A stretch of DNA of 64,000 nucleotides from Candidatus Brocadiia bacterium (GTDB lineage Bacteria > Planctomycetota > Brocadiia > CAIUPP01). Made by a program: the position numbers and the translations under genes. The stretch spans positions 64,001 to 128,000 of the forward strand of contig JBEKCB010000001.1 in the NCBI GenBank assembly GCA_050015075.1. The letters run 5' to 3'. Below the pieces are notes generated by a model. That model did not search any database. It was not told the DNA's origin and was given only the letters and a program-made list of their open reading frames with translations. Every line of letters starts with the position of its first letter. Position 1 is the first letter of the stretch. Positions 1 to 9,591 of the stretch are shown here, piece by piece.

Positions 1-2
1 AG

Positions 3-569
3 TGGTGCCTGTACCGGACGCTCGCCGTCCAGATGGGCGCGTTCCTCAACGGCGGACGGCCGGTCCGCCGCGGCGCCTTCCGCTCCACGGCCAAGGGGCC
101 GGACGAACAGGCCGCGTGCGAGCGGACCGCCACGGTGCTCTGGCAGGCGCTGCTCGGCGCGCGGCGCTTCGGCGCGGTCGGCCAGCTCTCCGTGGACGAA
201 GTCTTCAGCCCGCAGCAGGCGGTGATTGACCGCGAGATCCTGGCCTACGTCGCGCGGCTGCTCCGCGGCATGGAGGTCCAGCCCGGCCCGGACTCGGTCG
301 AGCTGATCCGCGAGGGCGTCGCGCAGGGCAGCTTTGCCGGCGTCGCGGACACGGTCGAGCGCTTCCGCGACTTCTGCACCTTCCCCGATCTCTTCCGCCG
401 CTGGAACGTCGAGCGCTGGCGCGCGGACCGAGAACCGACCATCCTCGGGGAAGCATGGGCCCGCGCGAAGGAGGAGATCGCCCGCAGTGCGCACCGCCTG
501 CCGCCGGACCTGGAGAAACGAATTGACGCGATCTACTCGAAAGCGGTCCAGCATGTGAGGGCCCGGTGA
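3..569 (+). CDS. Trimethylamine methyltransferase (MttB superfamily) homolog, 5'-truncated by window edge
   Basis: Frame open from nt 3. STAKGPDEQAACERT...ALLGA...GQL...FSPQQAVIDREI resembles the MttB C-terminal motifs (SDAKxPDxQAxxE, SxEQxVIDxEI). Confidence 0.7.
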   Translation, partial: WCLYRTLAVQMGAFLNGGRPVRRGAFRSTAKGPDEQAACERTATVLWQALLGARRFGAVGQLSVDEVFSPQQAVIDREILAYVARLLRGMEVQPGPDSVELIREGVAQGSFAGVADTVERFRDFCTFPDLFRRWNVERWRADREPTILGEAWARAKEEIARSAHRLPPDLEKRIDAIYSKAVQHVRAR

Positions 570-2507
570 ATGGCTAAGCTGATCGTGCGGGAAGGGCCCG
601 GTCGCGGGACGGCATACGAGCTGGTGGATGACGTCACGAAGATCGGGCGCGACCCGGGCAACGCGGTGCAAATCCCGTCCGAGACGATCAGTCGCACGCA
701 CGCGGAGATCGTCCGGCGCGGCGAGGGTGACGCGGAAACCTGGTCCGTGCGCGACCTGCAGAGCAAGAACGGCGTGCTCGTCAACGGCGCGCGCGTCGAG
801 AACGCCGTGCTCTCCTCGGGCGATGAAATCCGCCTCGGCGACGCGGTGCTGAATTTCATCGAGCGCGAGTTCGACACGCTGGAGATCACCGACGCGGACG
901 GCGCCTCGGAGCTGGCCGTGCCCGGCCCGACGGCGGTGCAGCGTCCGGCGGGCGCGCGGCAGACGCTGGCCGTCGGCGCGCACCCGCAGAAGCGGCTCCT
1001 GGCGCTGCTCGAGCTGGCGCAGGTCGCAGGGTCGGCCAAGAGCTACCCGGAACTCTTCGGCGCGGTCGTCTCGGCCATCGAGCGCGACCTGCAGCCGCAT
1101 CGGACGGTGCCGATCCTCTTCGACGAGCAGAAGGGCCTGCTGCGCCCATGGGTCAGCCAGCGCGGCGAGTTCGACAAGCACCTCTCGAAGATGCCGATCA
1201 GCTCCACGATCGTCAATTATGTGCGCGAGCACCGCGTCGCCATCCTGATCGAGGCAGCCGCCAAGGACGCGCGCCTGCGCGACGCGCAGTCCATCGCCGC
1301 GCACCGGATCACCTCGGCAATGTGCGCGCCGATCCAGATCGGCGACCGGCTGCTCGGGGAACTTTACGTGGACCGGTTCGGCGACGCGGCGCGCTTCACA
1401 AACGCGGACCTGGAACTGCTGGTGGCCATCGCGGCGCAGTCGGCGGTGGCGATCGAGAACGTGCGCGTGCGCGAGGAGATCGGGCGCGAGCGGTACGTGC
1501 GCGAGCGCGAGGCGCGCGGCGCCTACGACATCGTCGGCCAGTGCCAGGCGATGGAGAGCGTGTTCCGCTTCATCGCGAAGGCCGCGCCCGCCGACGCCGG
1601 CGTGCTGATCGAGGGCGAGAGCGGCACCGGCAAGGAACTCGTCGCGCGGGCGATCCACCTGAACAGCCCGCGCCGGCACCAGCCGTTCGAGGCGGTCAAC
1701 TGCGCGGCGATGGCGCCGACGCTGCTCGAGAGCGAACTCTTCGGCCACGTGCGCGGCGCATTCACCGGGGCCGACCGCGACCGGCCCGGGCGCTTCGAGC
1801 TGGCCGACGGCGGCACGCTCTTCCTCGACGAGATCGGCGAGCTGCCCGACGGCAGCCAGTCGAAGCTGCTCCGCGTCATCGAGACCGGCGAACTGCGGCG
1901 CGTGGGCGACATCAAGGACCGCAAGGTCAACGCGCGCGTCATCGCGGCGACGAACAAGAAACTCGCCGAGGAAGTCGCCCGGGCGCGGTTCCGCGAGGAC
2001 CTGTATTTCCGGCTCAACGTGCTGAAGATTTCGCTGCCGACGCTGCGCGAACGGCCCGGGGACATGCGCGTGCTCGCCGAGTATTTCCTCAAGCAGTTCG
2101 CCGAGAAATGCGGCCGGCCCGCGCTGCGGTTCGAGGCGGACGTCTGGCCGGTGTTCGAGGGCTACCCGTGGCCGGGGAACGTCCGCGAGTTGCGCAACGC
2201 CATCGAGCGGATGGTGGTGATGGCCGAAGGCGACGCGCTGAAGCTCGAGGATGTCCCGTTCGAGATCCGCAGCGGCAAGGGCGCCGCGCGTCCGGCGGAG
2301 GCGGCGGCACCGGCGGCGCCTCCGGACGATTCGGCCACGCTGCGCGACCTGGAGCGCGCCCACATCGCGCGCGTGATGCAGCGCACCGCCGGCAACAAAA
2401 AAGAAGCCGCGCGCATCCTGGGCATTGACCGCAGCACGCTCTACGCCAAGCTCAAGGCGTACGGGCTGGAGTCGGAAAAGGATGAAGACGGCAAGACCGA
2501 AGGATGA
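570..2507 (+). CDS. FHA-GAF-sigma54-dependent transcriptional activator (AAA+, Fis-type HTH)
   Basis: N-terminal FHA (IGR, ISRTHAEI, SKNGVLVNG), GAF region, Walker A GESGTGKE, GAFTGA loop, LFLDEIGEL, WPGNVREL, C-terminal AARILGIDRSTLY. Confidence 0.95.
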   Translation: MAKLIVREGPGRGTAYELVDDVTKIGRDPGNAVQIPSETISRTHAEIVRRGEGDAETWSVRDLQSKNGVLVNGARVENAVLSSGDEIRLGDAVLNFIEREFDTLEITDADGASELAVPGPTAVQRPAGARQTLAVGAHPQKRLLALLELAQVAGSAKSYPELFGAVVSAIERDLQPHRTVPILFDEQKGLLRPWVSQRGEFDKHLSKMPISSTIVNYVREHRVAILIEAAAKDARLRDAQSIAAHRITSAMCAPIQIGDRLLGELYVDRFGDAARFTNADLELLVAIAAQSAVAIENVRVREEIGRERYVREREARGAYDIVGQCQAMESVFRFIAKAAPADAGVLIEGESGTGKELVARAIHLNSPRRHQPFEAVNCAAMAPTLLESELFGHVRGAFTGADRDRPGRFELADGGTLFLDEIGELPDGSQSKLLRVIETGELRRVGDIKDRKVNARVIAATNKKLAEEVARARFREDLYFRLNVLKISLPTLRERPGDMRVLAEYFLKQFAEKCGRPALRFEADVWPVFEGYPWPGNVRELRNAIERMVVMAEGDALKLEDVPFEIRSGKGAARPAEAAAPAAPPDDSATLRDLERAHIARVMQRTAGNKKEAARILGIDRSTLYAKLKAYGLESEKDEDGKTEG

Positions 2508-2531
2508 AGGCGGCTTCAACCTTCATCCTTC
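2499..2531. terminator. Hairpin between convergent genes, built from GGATGAA-type units
   Basis: GAAGGATGAAGG (2499-2510) pairs perfectly with CCTTCATCCTTC (2520-2531). Confidence 0.55.
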
Positions 2532-2536
2532 TTCGT

Positions 2537-4693
2537 TCATCCCTCCTTCAATTCATAGATCACGATGAAGTTCACGGCATTGGCGCCGGACAGTTCGAGT
2601 AATTTCGGCCAGCGCTCCCAGGGGAACGGAGCGTCGCGCATTTTCATCGGATACGCCCAGACCGGGCGCAGATATTCCTTTGCGAACCGGGCGAAGAGAT
2701 CCCAGTTGAACCCGTCGAGCATGCCCAGTTGTTCCCGCCCGTTGTAGGAATAGCGGTAAGTGGTCTGAAGCCGGTGGAGTTCCTCAGTGTCCACGTACAG
2801 GTGCGTGACGCCCTGCCTCTGCAGGCCGTCGCGGATGTCCTCCGGCGTGCGCGCGGCGCGGACGATCTCCTCGAGCGCGTTCGTGTCGAAGACGGTGCTC
2901 GCGGTGTGGACCCGGCGGCAGTAGAACATGCGCGCCTCGCCCAGGAAGAGCACTTTCGCGTTGCGCGGGAGCAGGCCGGGATCGTCGAGCGCCTTCATCG
3001 CCTCCGGCGCATACGTCTTGAAATAGTCGTCCGAGCCGACTCTCAGCGCGCTGTCGAAGGGCTGCTCGAAGTAGACGTAGTTGTTCCATCGCGACGGCTC
3101 GAAGAGCAGGAGCAGGATGACGGCGTGCCGCAGCCCGTATGCGTAGCGGTTCGGGAGCACGGCGCCGAGGCCGATGGCCGAAAGCCCCGCCAGCACCGGC
3201 GCGCCGGCCTCCAGGAAACGCAGGTTCTGCTGCGTGAAATAGAACCAGAGCGCGTAGATGAGCGCCAGGTTGCCGGCGAGCAGCAGCGCGACCAGGCGCG
3301 TCCACCGGCGCGTCAGCAACGCGAACGGCACGAAGATGAAGAGCAACAGCGAAGCTTCGGTCAGGCGCTCGCCCTCGGGGCTGTCCACGAACAACGCTTC
3401 CCTGGCCTGACGATAGAGATTCTCGGGAGACCGGTCGGCGCGTGAATGCGCCTGCATGAAACGCGCGTCCTTCTGCGCGTCCCAGTTGCGGCTGCCGAAG
3501 ACCTTGTAGAGCAGCGGGTAGACCGGGTTGCCCGTGTCGGCGAAGTTGCGGATCAGCCACGGGCTGAAGCAGAGGAGCGAGACGGCGGCGAAGAGGCCGA
3601 CGCGGCGCAGGATTTCCTTCGGCGCGACGCTCGCCGCGAAGCCGGTCCCCGCGAGCCAGACCAGGATCGGGATGAAGAACAGGAGCGCGGCGGTGTACTT
3701 GACGCCCATCGCCAGGCCGGTGGCGACGGCGGCGAGGATCACCCAGCCGCGCGGCCCCGGGCGCGTAAGCTTGCGGCGCCAGCTCCACACCAGCCCCCAG
3801 AGCGCGAGCGTGCCGTAGAACATCAGCGGCAGCTCCACGTAGGCGGAGCCGGAATACAGCGTCACCGCCGGCCACGTGTAGAAGATCGCCGCGGCGAGTT
3901 CGCCGGTGGTCCTTCCCGCGACGCCGGCGATCAGCCCGCGCAACGCCATGGCGGCCAGGAAGCCGAGCGCGGCGCAGAGCATCTGGCTGAGGATCGCGCC
4001 GCGGTCGGGCGAGCCGGTGAGGTTCATCGAGAGCAGGTACAGCATCTCCATGTTCTGCGGGAAGCTGGCGAACGCGTTGTCGCGCATGAAGAACACGCGG
4101 CCGGCGTCCCGGTACGCCGCCGGCGCGGCGAGATGATATTCGAGGGAGTCGTACGGCCAGCCGTACTGCAGGGGCGGCTCGAATGCGCAGATGAGGTTCA
4201 GGAGCAGGAAGCAGGCGAGGACCGCCCAGAGCGCCATGCGGAACCACGAGGCGCGGCGCGCCCGGCGCCCGGCGGCGATGGCGGCGCGCAGGAGCACGCC
4301 GAGGTCGCGCAGGCCCATGAAGAGCAGCGCCAGGAGCGCGACGACCCAACTGACCTTCTCCATGAAGCCCAGCGTGCCCAGCACCAGCACGAGGGTCGCC
4401 AGCACGGCCAGCCCGAGTCCGACGCCGAAGAGCGCGGTGGCGCCGTCGCCGGCGGGCCGCAGCTTGAGCCAGCGAAGCAGTGCGGCGCCGAAGCTCATCG
4501 CCGACAGGAGAATCAGCACCGTCCACGCCAGCAGGCTCAGCCGATCCATCAGGACCACGCTGATCTCGAGGCACCGGTCCTGGAGCCAGTACTGCTTCGC
4601 GAGCAGCAGGCAGACCGCCAGCGCGACGAGGCCGATGATGATCCGCGGCCAGCGGCTGCCGAAAGGCGTCCGTTTGGCGTCAGGCGCGTTCAT
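2537..4693 (-). CDS. Polytopic GT-C family glycosyltransferase (ArnT/GT39-like)
   Basis: Many TM segments; YDSLEYHLAAP, AMGVKYTA and PWLIRNFADTGNPVYP motifs. ATG 4693 preferred over the ORF-track start at 4777. Confidence 0.75.
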   Translation of the reverse strand: MNAPDAKRTPFGSRWPRIIIGLVALAVCLLLAKQYWLQDRCLEISVVLMDRLSLLAWTVLILLSAMSFGAALLRWLKLRPAGDGATALFGVGLGLAVLATLVLVLGTLGFMEKVSWVVALLALLFMGLRDLGVLLRAAIAAGRRARRASWFRMALWAVLACFLLLNLICAFEPPLQYGWPYDSLEYHLAAPAAYRDAGRVFFMRDNAFASFPQNMEMLYLLSMNLTGSPDRGAILSQMLCAALGFLAAMALRGLIAGVAGRTTGELAAAIFYTWPAVTLYSGSAYVELPLMFYGTLALWGLVWSWRRKLTRPGPRGWVILAAVATGLAMGVKYTAALLFFIPILVWLAGTGFAASVAPKEILRRVGLFAAVSLLCFSPWLIRNFADTGNPVYPLLYKVFGSRNWDAQKDARFMQAHSRADRSPENLYRQAREALFVDSPEGERLTEASLLLFIFVPFALLTRRWTRLVALLLAGNLALIYALWFYFTQQNLRFLEAGAPVLAGLSAIGLGAVLPNRYAYGLRHAVILLLLFEPSRWNNYVYFEQPFDSALRVGSDDYFKTYAPEAMKALDDPGLLPRNAKVLFLGEARMFYCRRVHTASTVFDTNALEEIVRAARTPEDIRDGLQRQGVTHLYVDTEELHRLQTTYRYSYNGREQLGMLDGFNWDLFARFAKEYLRPVWAYPMKMRDAPFPWERWPKLLELSGANAVNFIVIYELKEG

Positions 4694-4777
4694 GGGACAA
4701 CCGTACCCTTTGACGGCTGAAAGCTCCGTGCGCACCGCTCGGGCGCTTACTGTAAGCCCGCGCCCGGCGAAATGCAA

Positions 4778-4807
4778 TTGACTCGCAACGCGATCCGGCG
4801 ATATACT
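4778..4807 (+). promoter_or_regulatory. Putative sigma70 promoter of the PP2C-kinase/STAS operon
   Basis: TTGACT-N18-TATACT. Confidence 0.5.
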
Positions 4808-4875
4808 GAGTTCCTCTTGACCAGGCCCATCGCCAATCCACCCGTCCCGTTCACGGGGCAGGAGGTCTACTCCGG

Positions 4876-6264
4876 ATGGTCGCGAAGCGACGCGCGCCGC
4901 AGGCGAAGCGCAAGCCGCGCAAGGCGGGCAAGCCGGCCCGGCATGCCCGCAGCTCGCCCGCGCCGGCGAAAGTCCTCGCTCTTCGAGCGGACCTCGACCA
5001 CGCGAACGCCCGGATCGAGCAACTCCGCCGGCTGGGCGACGAACTCGCGCGCCGGGCGCAGGACGGCGAGCACGCCAAGACCACCGTCGCCCGGCTCAGC
5101 CAGGAGCTGCAGAACCGGACGCTGCGGATGGAGCAGCAACTGGCCGTGGCGCGGCAGTTCCAGCGCCTGTTCATGCCGCCGGCGCTGCCGGCGTTCCCGC
5201 AGGTGCGTTTCGCGGTGAAGTATCAGCCGTCGCCGCGCGTCGGCGGCGACCTCTACGACGTCTGCGACATGGGGAACAGTTGCGTCGGCTTCCTCGTGGC
5301 CGACGCCGCCGGCAACGGCCTCAGCGCCACGCTCATCACCGCCATCGCCAAGATCGCCTTCGACACCTTCCGCCAGAACGAGTATTCCCCGAAGGTCATC
5401 CTCGAGAAAATGAACCTGCACATCGTCCGGAACACGCTGGAGGACCAGTTCCTCACCGCGTTCCTGGGCATTCTGGACCTCGAGACGCTGCGCCTGAAGT
5501 TCGCGAACGCGTCGCACACCTGCCCGATCCTTTACGGCCCGAAGCGCTTCGAGCTGCTCGACACCGAAGGCCTCTGCTGCGGCATGTTCGAGGAGGCGCG
5601 CTGCGAGGAGAAGGAGATTCAGCTCCGGGCCGGCGACCACCTGCTCCTGTACACGCGCGGGCTGGTGCGCATGTGCAACGCCCGGAACCAGGCGTACCCG
5701 GAGCGCCGCCTGCACAAACTCCTGAAAGCGAACCGCACCCTGGAAATCGGCGCGATGGTGGAGCAGGTCGCCGAGGACTTCTCGCGCCACCTGGCCGGGG
5801 CGGAACAGGCCGAGGACCTGACGCTCGTCGGCGTGGAGGTGGCGCCGCGCGAGGTGAGGGAGGAGCGCATCGTCATCCCGAGCGAGCCGATGCAGCTCTC
5901 GCGCGTGGAGTCGTTGGTCCTCTCGCGTCTCGAGGCGCTCAACTACGGCGAGCGCGCGCTCTTCGCCGTGCGCCTGGGCCTTGAGGAGGCGATCATCAAC
6001 GCCATCAAGCACGGCAACCACATGGACAAGGCCAAGCACGTCACCGTGACCTTCTCCGTGGACCGCGAGGAATGCGTGGTGTCGGTCGAGGACGAGGGGC
6101 CGGGCTTCGATCCGGGCGCGGTGCCGGATCCGACCTCGGACGAGAACCTGGAGCTGCCGCACGGCCGCGGCCTGGTGCTGATGCGCGCGTATATGGACGA
6201 GGTGAGCTTCAACGCGAAGGGCAATCGCGTCACGATGCGCAAGAAAGCGCCCTGGGCGCGATAG
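4876..6264 (+). CDS. Coiled-coil + SpoIIE/PP2C-like domain (degenerate) fused to RsbW-type anti-sigma Ser kinase (HATPase)
   Basis: PP2C-like VGGDLYD and VADAAGNG, then YTRG and AEDLT; HATPase motifs EEAIINAIKHGN, VEDEGPGFD, GRGLVLMRAYMDEV. Confidence 0.9.
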   Translation: MVAKRRAPQAKRKPRKAGKPARHARSSPAPAKVLALRADLDHANARIEQLRRLGDELARRAQDGEHAKTTVARLSQELQNRTLRMEQQLAVARQFQRLFMPPALPAFPQVRFAVKYQPSPRVGGDLYDVCDMGNSCVGFLVADAAGNGLSATLITAIAKIAFDTFRQNEYSPKVILEKMNLHIVRNTLEDQFLTAFLGILDLETLRLKFANASHTCPILYGPKRFELLDTEGLCCGMFEEARCEEKEIQLRAGDHLLLYTRGLVRMCNARNQAYPERRLHKLLKANRTLEIGAMVEQVAEDFSRHLAGAEQAEDLTLVGVEVAPREVREERIVIPSEPMQLSRVESLVLSRLEALNYGERALFAVRLGLEEAIINAIKHGNHMDKAKHVTVTFSVDREECVVSVEDEGPGFDPGAVPDPTSDENLELPHGRGLVLMRAYMDEVSFNAKGNRVTMRKKAPWAR

Positions 6265-6269
6265 GGACC

Positions 6270-6370
6270 GCGGATAAGGACCACGATGAAGGATAAAGGA
6301 CGAGGGATGAAGGCGGCTCATCAAGCGCCGCCGCCTTTCCGCCCCTCTTCCGCCGGCAGCGTTCATCCTT
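6270..6370. repeat. Degenerate heptamer (GGATGAA-like) tandem repeat with partial inverted copy
   Basis: GATGAA GGATAAA GGACGAG GGATGAA ... TTCATCC. Confidence 0.5.
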
Positions 6371-6396
6371 CCGGCAAGCGGGCGCAGAGGGTCTCC

Positions 6397-6747
6397 ATGG
6401 ATGAAGGTTCGGTCGTCTCGCTGGAGGTCGAGCGGCGCGGCGCCGTCTGCCTCGTCAGCCCGCACGGCCGCATCGGCGAGGCCGAAGCGCACCCCTTCCA
6501 GCGCGAACTCCTGGCGCTGGCGGACCAGGGCGCGACCAAAATCATCGTGGATCTCTCCGACGTTTCCTTCATGACCAGCAGCAGCCTCGGCGCGCTGATG
6601 GTCGTCCACAAGCGCGTGCGGCCGCAGGGCGGCTATGTCCGCCTGGCCAGCCCGCAGCCGCTGGTGCACCGCGTCCTGGAGATCACCAAGCTCACCCGGC
6701 TGTTCGGCAGCTACCGCACCGTCCGCGAAGCGCTCGCCGCGAAGTGA
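6397..6747 (+). CDS. STAS-domain anti-sigma factor antagonist (RsbV/SpoIIAA-like)
   Basis: IIVDLSDVSFMTSSSLGAL...VHRVLEITKL. Start moved to ATG 6397 because the upstream extension is repeat-derived. Confidence 0.9.
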   Translation: MDEGSVVSLEVERRGAVCLVSPHGRIGEAEAHPFQRELLALADQGATKIIVDLSDVSFMTSSSLGALMVVHKRVRPQGGYVRLASPQPLVHRVLEITKLTRLFGSYRTVREALAAK

Positions 6748-6748
6748 G

Positions 6749-6835
6749 CGTTCGTAGTGTGCCCGTCAGGGCATACCGCTTGTAGTGGCGCCGTCAGGCG
6801 CTGCTTCGTATGCCCTGACGGGCACACTACGAACG
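6749..6835. repeat. GTAG-type REP cluster (REPIN-like): perfect 28-bp inverted repeat enclosing a third degenerate unit
   Basis: CGTTCGTAGTGTGCCCGTCAGGGCATAC (6749-6776) is the reverse complement of 6808-6835; inner unit GTAGTGGCGCCGTCAGGCGC. Confidence 0.85.
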
Positions 6836-6966
6836 GCCTTTTGCGCGGCCGGCGAAACTTCTGCTATACTTTTCCCCTGACGGATCGTGAAACCGCGTTC
6901 GGCTGTCCGCCCGTTCGACTTGGCCCAGGCGGCCCTGAGCATGGCCGAATGGGCCGCGAGGCTCGC

Positions 6967-9591
6967 ATGACGCAAACCCCCATGATGCGGCAGTATCAGG
7001 AGATCAAGGCGCAGTATCCCGGCGCCCTCCTGCTCTTCCGCCTCGGGGATTTCTACGAGATGTTTTACGACGACGCGGTGCTCGCCTCGCGGCTGCTCGG
7101 CCTGACCCTGACCTCGCGCAGCAAGGGCGAGAAGGCCGTGCCGATGGCCGGCGTGCCGTACCATTCCGTCCACGCCTACGTCAAGCGCCTCATCCAGGCC
7201 GGATACAAAGTCGCCCTCTGCGACCAGATCGAAGACCCGCGCCAGGCCCAGGGGCTGGTGGACCGCGATGTGACACGCGTCATTACGCCCGGCACCGTGA
7301 CGGAGGACTCGCTGCTCGAGAGCAAGGACCACAACTATCTCGCCGCGCTGCTGCTCGAGGGCGATGCCGTCGGCCTGTCGTGGGTGGACCTGAGCACCGG
7401 GCAGTTCCACGCCGAGGACCTGCCGGCCGCGCACCTCGGCGATGAACTCACCCGCCTGAACCCGACCGAGCTGCTCCTGCCCGAGAGCCTGGCCTCCGCC
7501 GCCGACGGCCGCCTGGAACGCTTCCGGCGCGAGACGGGCGCGATGATCACGCCGCGGCCGGACTGGGCCTTCGGGCGCGAGACCGCGCAGAAGACGCTCT
7601 TCGAGCATTTCCGCGTGCAGTCGCTGGAAGGGTTCGGCTGCGGCTCGCTGGGTCCCTCGCTCTCGGCGGCGGGCGCGACGCTCCAGTACCTCCAGGAGAC
7701 GCAGAAGATCTCCCTCGGCCACATCCGGCGGCTAGCGCGCATGAGCGATTCGGACCGCGTGGTGCTCGACCGCTCGACGCAACTCAGCCTGGAGCTGACG
7801 CGCACGCTCCGCGAAGGCGCGCGCAAGGGCTCGCTGCTGGGCGTGCTCGACCGCACGCTGACGCCGATGGGCGGCCGGCTGCTGAAGGAGTGGATCGTCG
7901 GGCCGCTGCGGCGGATCGAGGAGATCACCGCGCGGCAGGACGGCGTGGAGGAATTCTTCAAGGACCGCGCGCTGCGGCAGGAGGCCCGGGCGCGGCTGAA
8001 CGAGGTGTACGACATCGAGCGGCTGACGGCGCGCGTGGCCACCGCGCGGGCGAACGCGCGCGACCTGCTGGCGCTGCGGCGCTCGCTGGAGCCGCTGCCC
8101 GCGCTGAAGGAGCGCCTGAGCGCGGCGGGGAACGCGCGGCTCCGCGCCATCGGCGGACAGCTCGACACGGTGGACGAGGCGCGCGCGCTTATCGGCGCGG
8201 CGATCGCCGCCGACCCGCCGGCGCTCCTGAAGGAAGGCGGCCTCATCCGCGAAGGCTATTCCGCCGAACTCGACGAACTGCGCTCGATCCAGCGCGACGG
8301 CAAGAGCTGGATCGCGCGCTTCCAGGCGAGCGAGATCGAGCGCACCAAAATCCCCTCGCTCAAGGTCGGCTACAACCAGGTCTTCGGCTATTACATCGAG
8401 GTCACGCACACGCACCAGCAGAAAATCCCCGCCGACTACCTGCGCAAGCAGACCCTGAAAAACGCCGAGCGCTACGTCACGCCGGAGCTGAAGGAGTACG
8501 AGGCGCGCGTGCTCACGGCGGAGGACCGCGCGCGCGATATCGAGTATGACCTGTTCCTCCGCGTCCGCGACGAGGTCGGCCGGCACGCCGGACGCCTGCA
8601 GGAGACGGCCCACCTGCTGGCCGAGACCGACGCGCTGGCCTCGCTCGCCGACGTGGCGGCGGAATACCACTACGCGCGGCCGCAGATGACCGAGGGCTAC
8701 GAGGTGGAGATCCGCGACGGGCGCCACCCGGTGCTCGAGCGGACGCTCTCCGAGCCGTTCGTGCCGAACGACACCGCGCTCGACGGCGCGAACACCCAGA
8801 TCATGATCATCACCGGCCCGAACATGGCAGGCAAGTCCACCTATATCCGCCAGACGGCGCTGATCGTGCTGATGGCGCACGTCGGCTCGTTCGTCCCGGC
8901 CGCCTCGGCGCGGATCGGGATGACGGACCGCATCTTCACCCGCGTCGGCGCGGCGGACGAGATCGCCCGCGGCCAGAGCACCTTCATGGTCGAGATGATC
9001 GAGACGGCGAACATCCTCCACAACGCGACGCGCCGCAGCCTGATCATCCTCGACGAGGTCGGGCGCGGCACGAGCACGTTCGACGGCGTCAGCATCGCCT
9101 GGGCCGTGGCCGAGTACATCGCGCGGAACCTGAAGAGCCGCACGCTCTTCGCGACGCATTACCACGAGCTGACGGAGCTGGCCTCGCTCTTCGAGACGAT
9201 TAAGAACTACAACATCGCCGTCCGCGAGTGGCAGGACGAGATCATCTTTCTGCGGCGGATCGTCGAGGGCGGCACCGACAAGAGCTACGGCATCCACGTC
9301 GCGCGGCTGGCGGGCGTGCCCGACGAGGTGGTCGAGCGCGCGAAGACGATCCTGGCGAACCTCGAGAACGCGGCGCTCGACGAGCGCGACCGCCCGAAAA
9401 TCGCCGCAGAAGCCGTGCGCAAGAAGCGCGGCGCGGCGGCCCGGAAATCGGACAGCCTGCAACTGACGCTCTTCAGCCGCGAATCGGACGTCGTCGCCGA
9501 TACGCTGCGGCGCCTCGACCTCGGCTCCTTGACGCCGGCGGAGGCGCTGAAGAAACTCGAAGAACTCAAGCGACTCGCCGACGGCGGCTAG
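6967..9591 (+). CDS. mutS: DNA mismatch repair protein MutS
   Basis: TPMMRQY, GDFYEMF, ITGPNMAGKSTY, STFMVEM, DEVGRGTS, FATHYHEL, SYGIHVA. Start at ATG 6967. Confidence 0.99.
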   Translation: MTQTPMMRQYQEIKAQYPGALLLFRLGDFYEMFYDDAVLASRLLGLTLTSRSKGEKAVPMAGVPYHSVHAYVKRLIQAGYKVALCDQIEDPRQAQGLVDRDVTRVITPGTVTEDSLLESKDHNYLAALLLEGDAVGLSWVDLSTGQFHAEDLPAAHLGDELTRLNPTELLLPESLASAADGRLERFRRETGAMITPRPDWAFGRETAQKTLFEHFRVQSLEGFGCGSLGPSLSAAGATLQYLQETQKISLGHIRRLARMSDSDRVVLDRSTQLSLELTRTLREGARKGSLLGVLDRTLTPMGGRLLKEWIVGPLRRIEEITARQDGVEEFFKDRALRQEARARLNEVYDIERLTARVATARANARDLLALRRSLEPLPALKERLSAAGNARLRAIGGQLDTVDEARALIGAAIAADPPALLKEGGLIREGYSAELDELRSIQRDGKSWIARFQASEIERTKIPSLKVGYNQVFGYYIEVTHTHQQKIPADYLRKQTLKNAERYVTPELKEYEARVLTAEDRARDIEYDLFLRVRDEVGRHAGRLQETAHLLAETDALASLADVAAEYHYARPQMTEGYEVEIRDGRHPVLERTLSEPFVPNDTALDGANTQIMIITGPNMAGKSTYIRQTALIVLMAHVGSFVPAASARIGMTDRIFTRVGAADEIARGQSTFMVEMIETANILHNATRRSLIILDEVGRGTSTFDGVSIAWAVAEYIARNLKSRTLFATHYHELTELASLFETIKNYNIAVREWQDEIIFLRRIVEGGTDKSYGIHVARLAGVPDEVVERAKTILANLENAALDERDRPKIAAEAVRKKRGAAARKSDSLQLTLFSRESDVVADTLRRLDLGSLTPAEALKKLEELKRLADGG

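Noticed and set aside
3-569. Pyrrolysine (TAG) readthrough in the MttB-like gene
   Set aside because: No in-frame TAG in the visible part; the equivalent position is Arg.
6286-6966. ORF-track N-terminal extensions of the STAS protein and MutS
   Set aside because: They run through repeat elements and a promoter-like sequence; family-typical starts are at 6397 and 6967.
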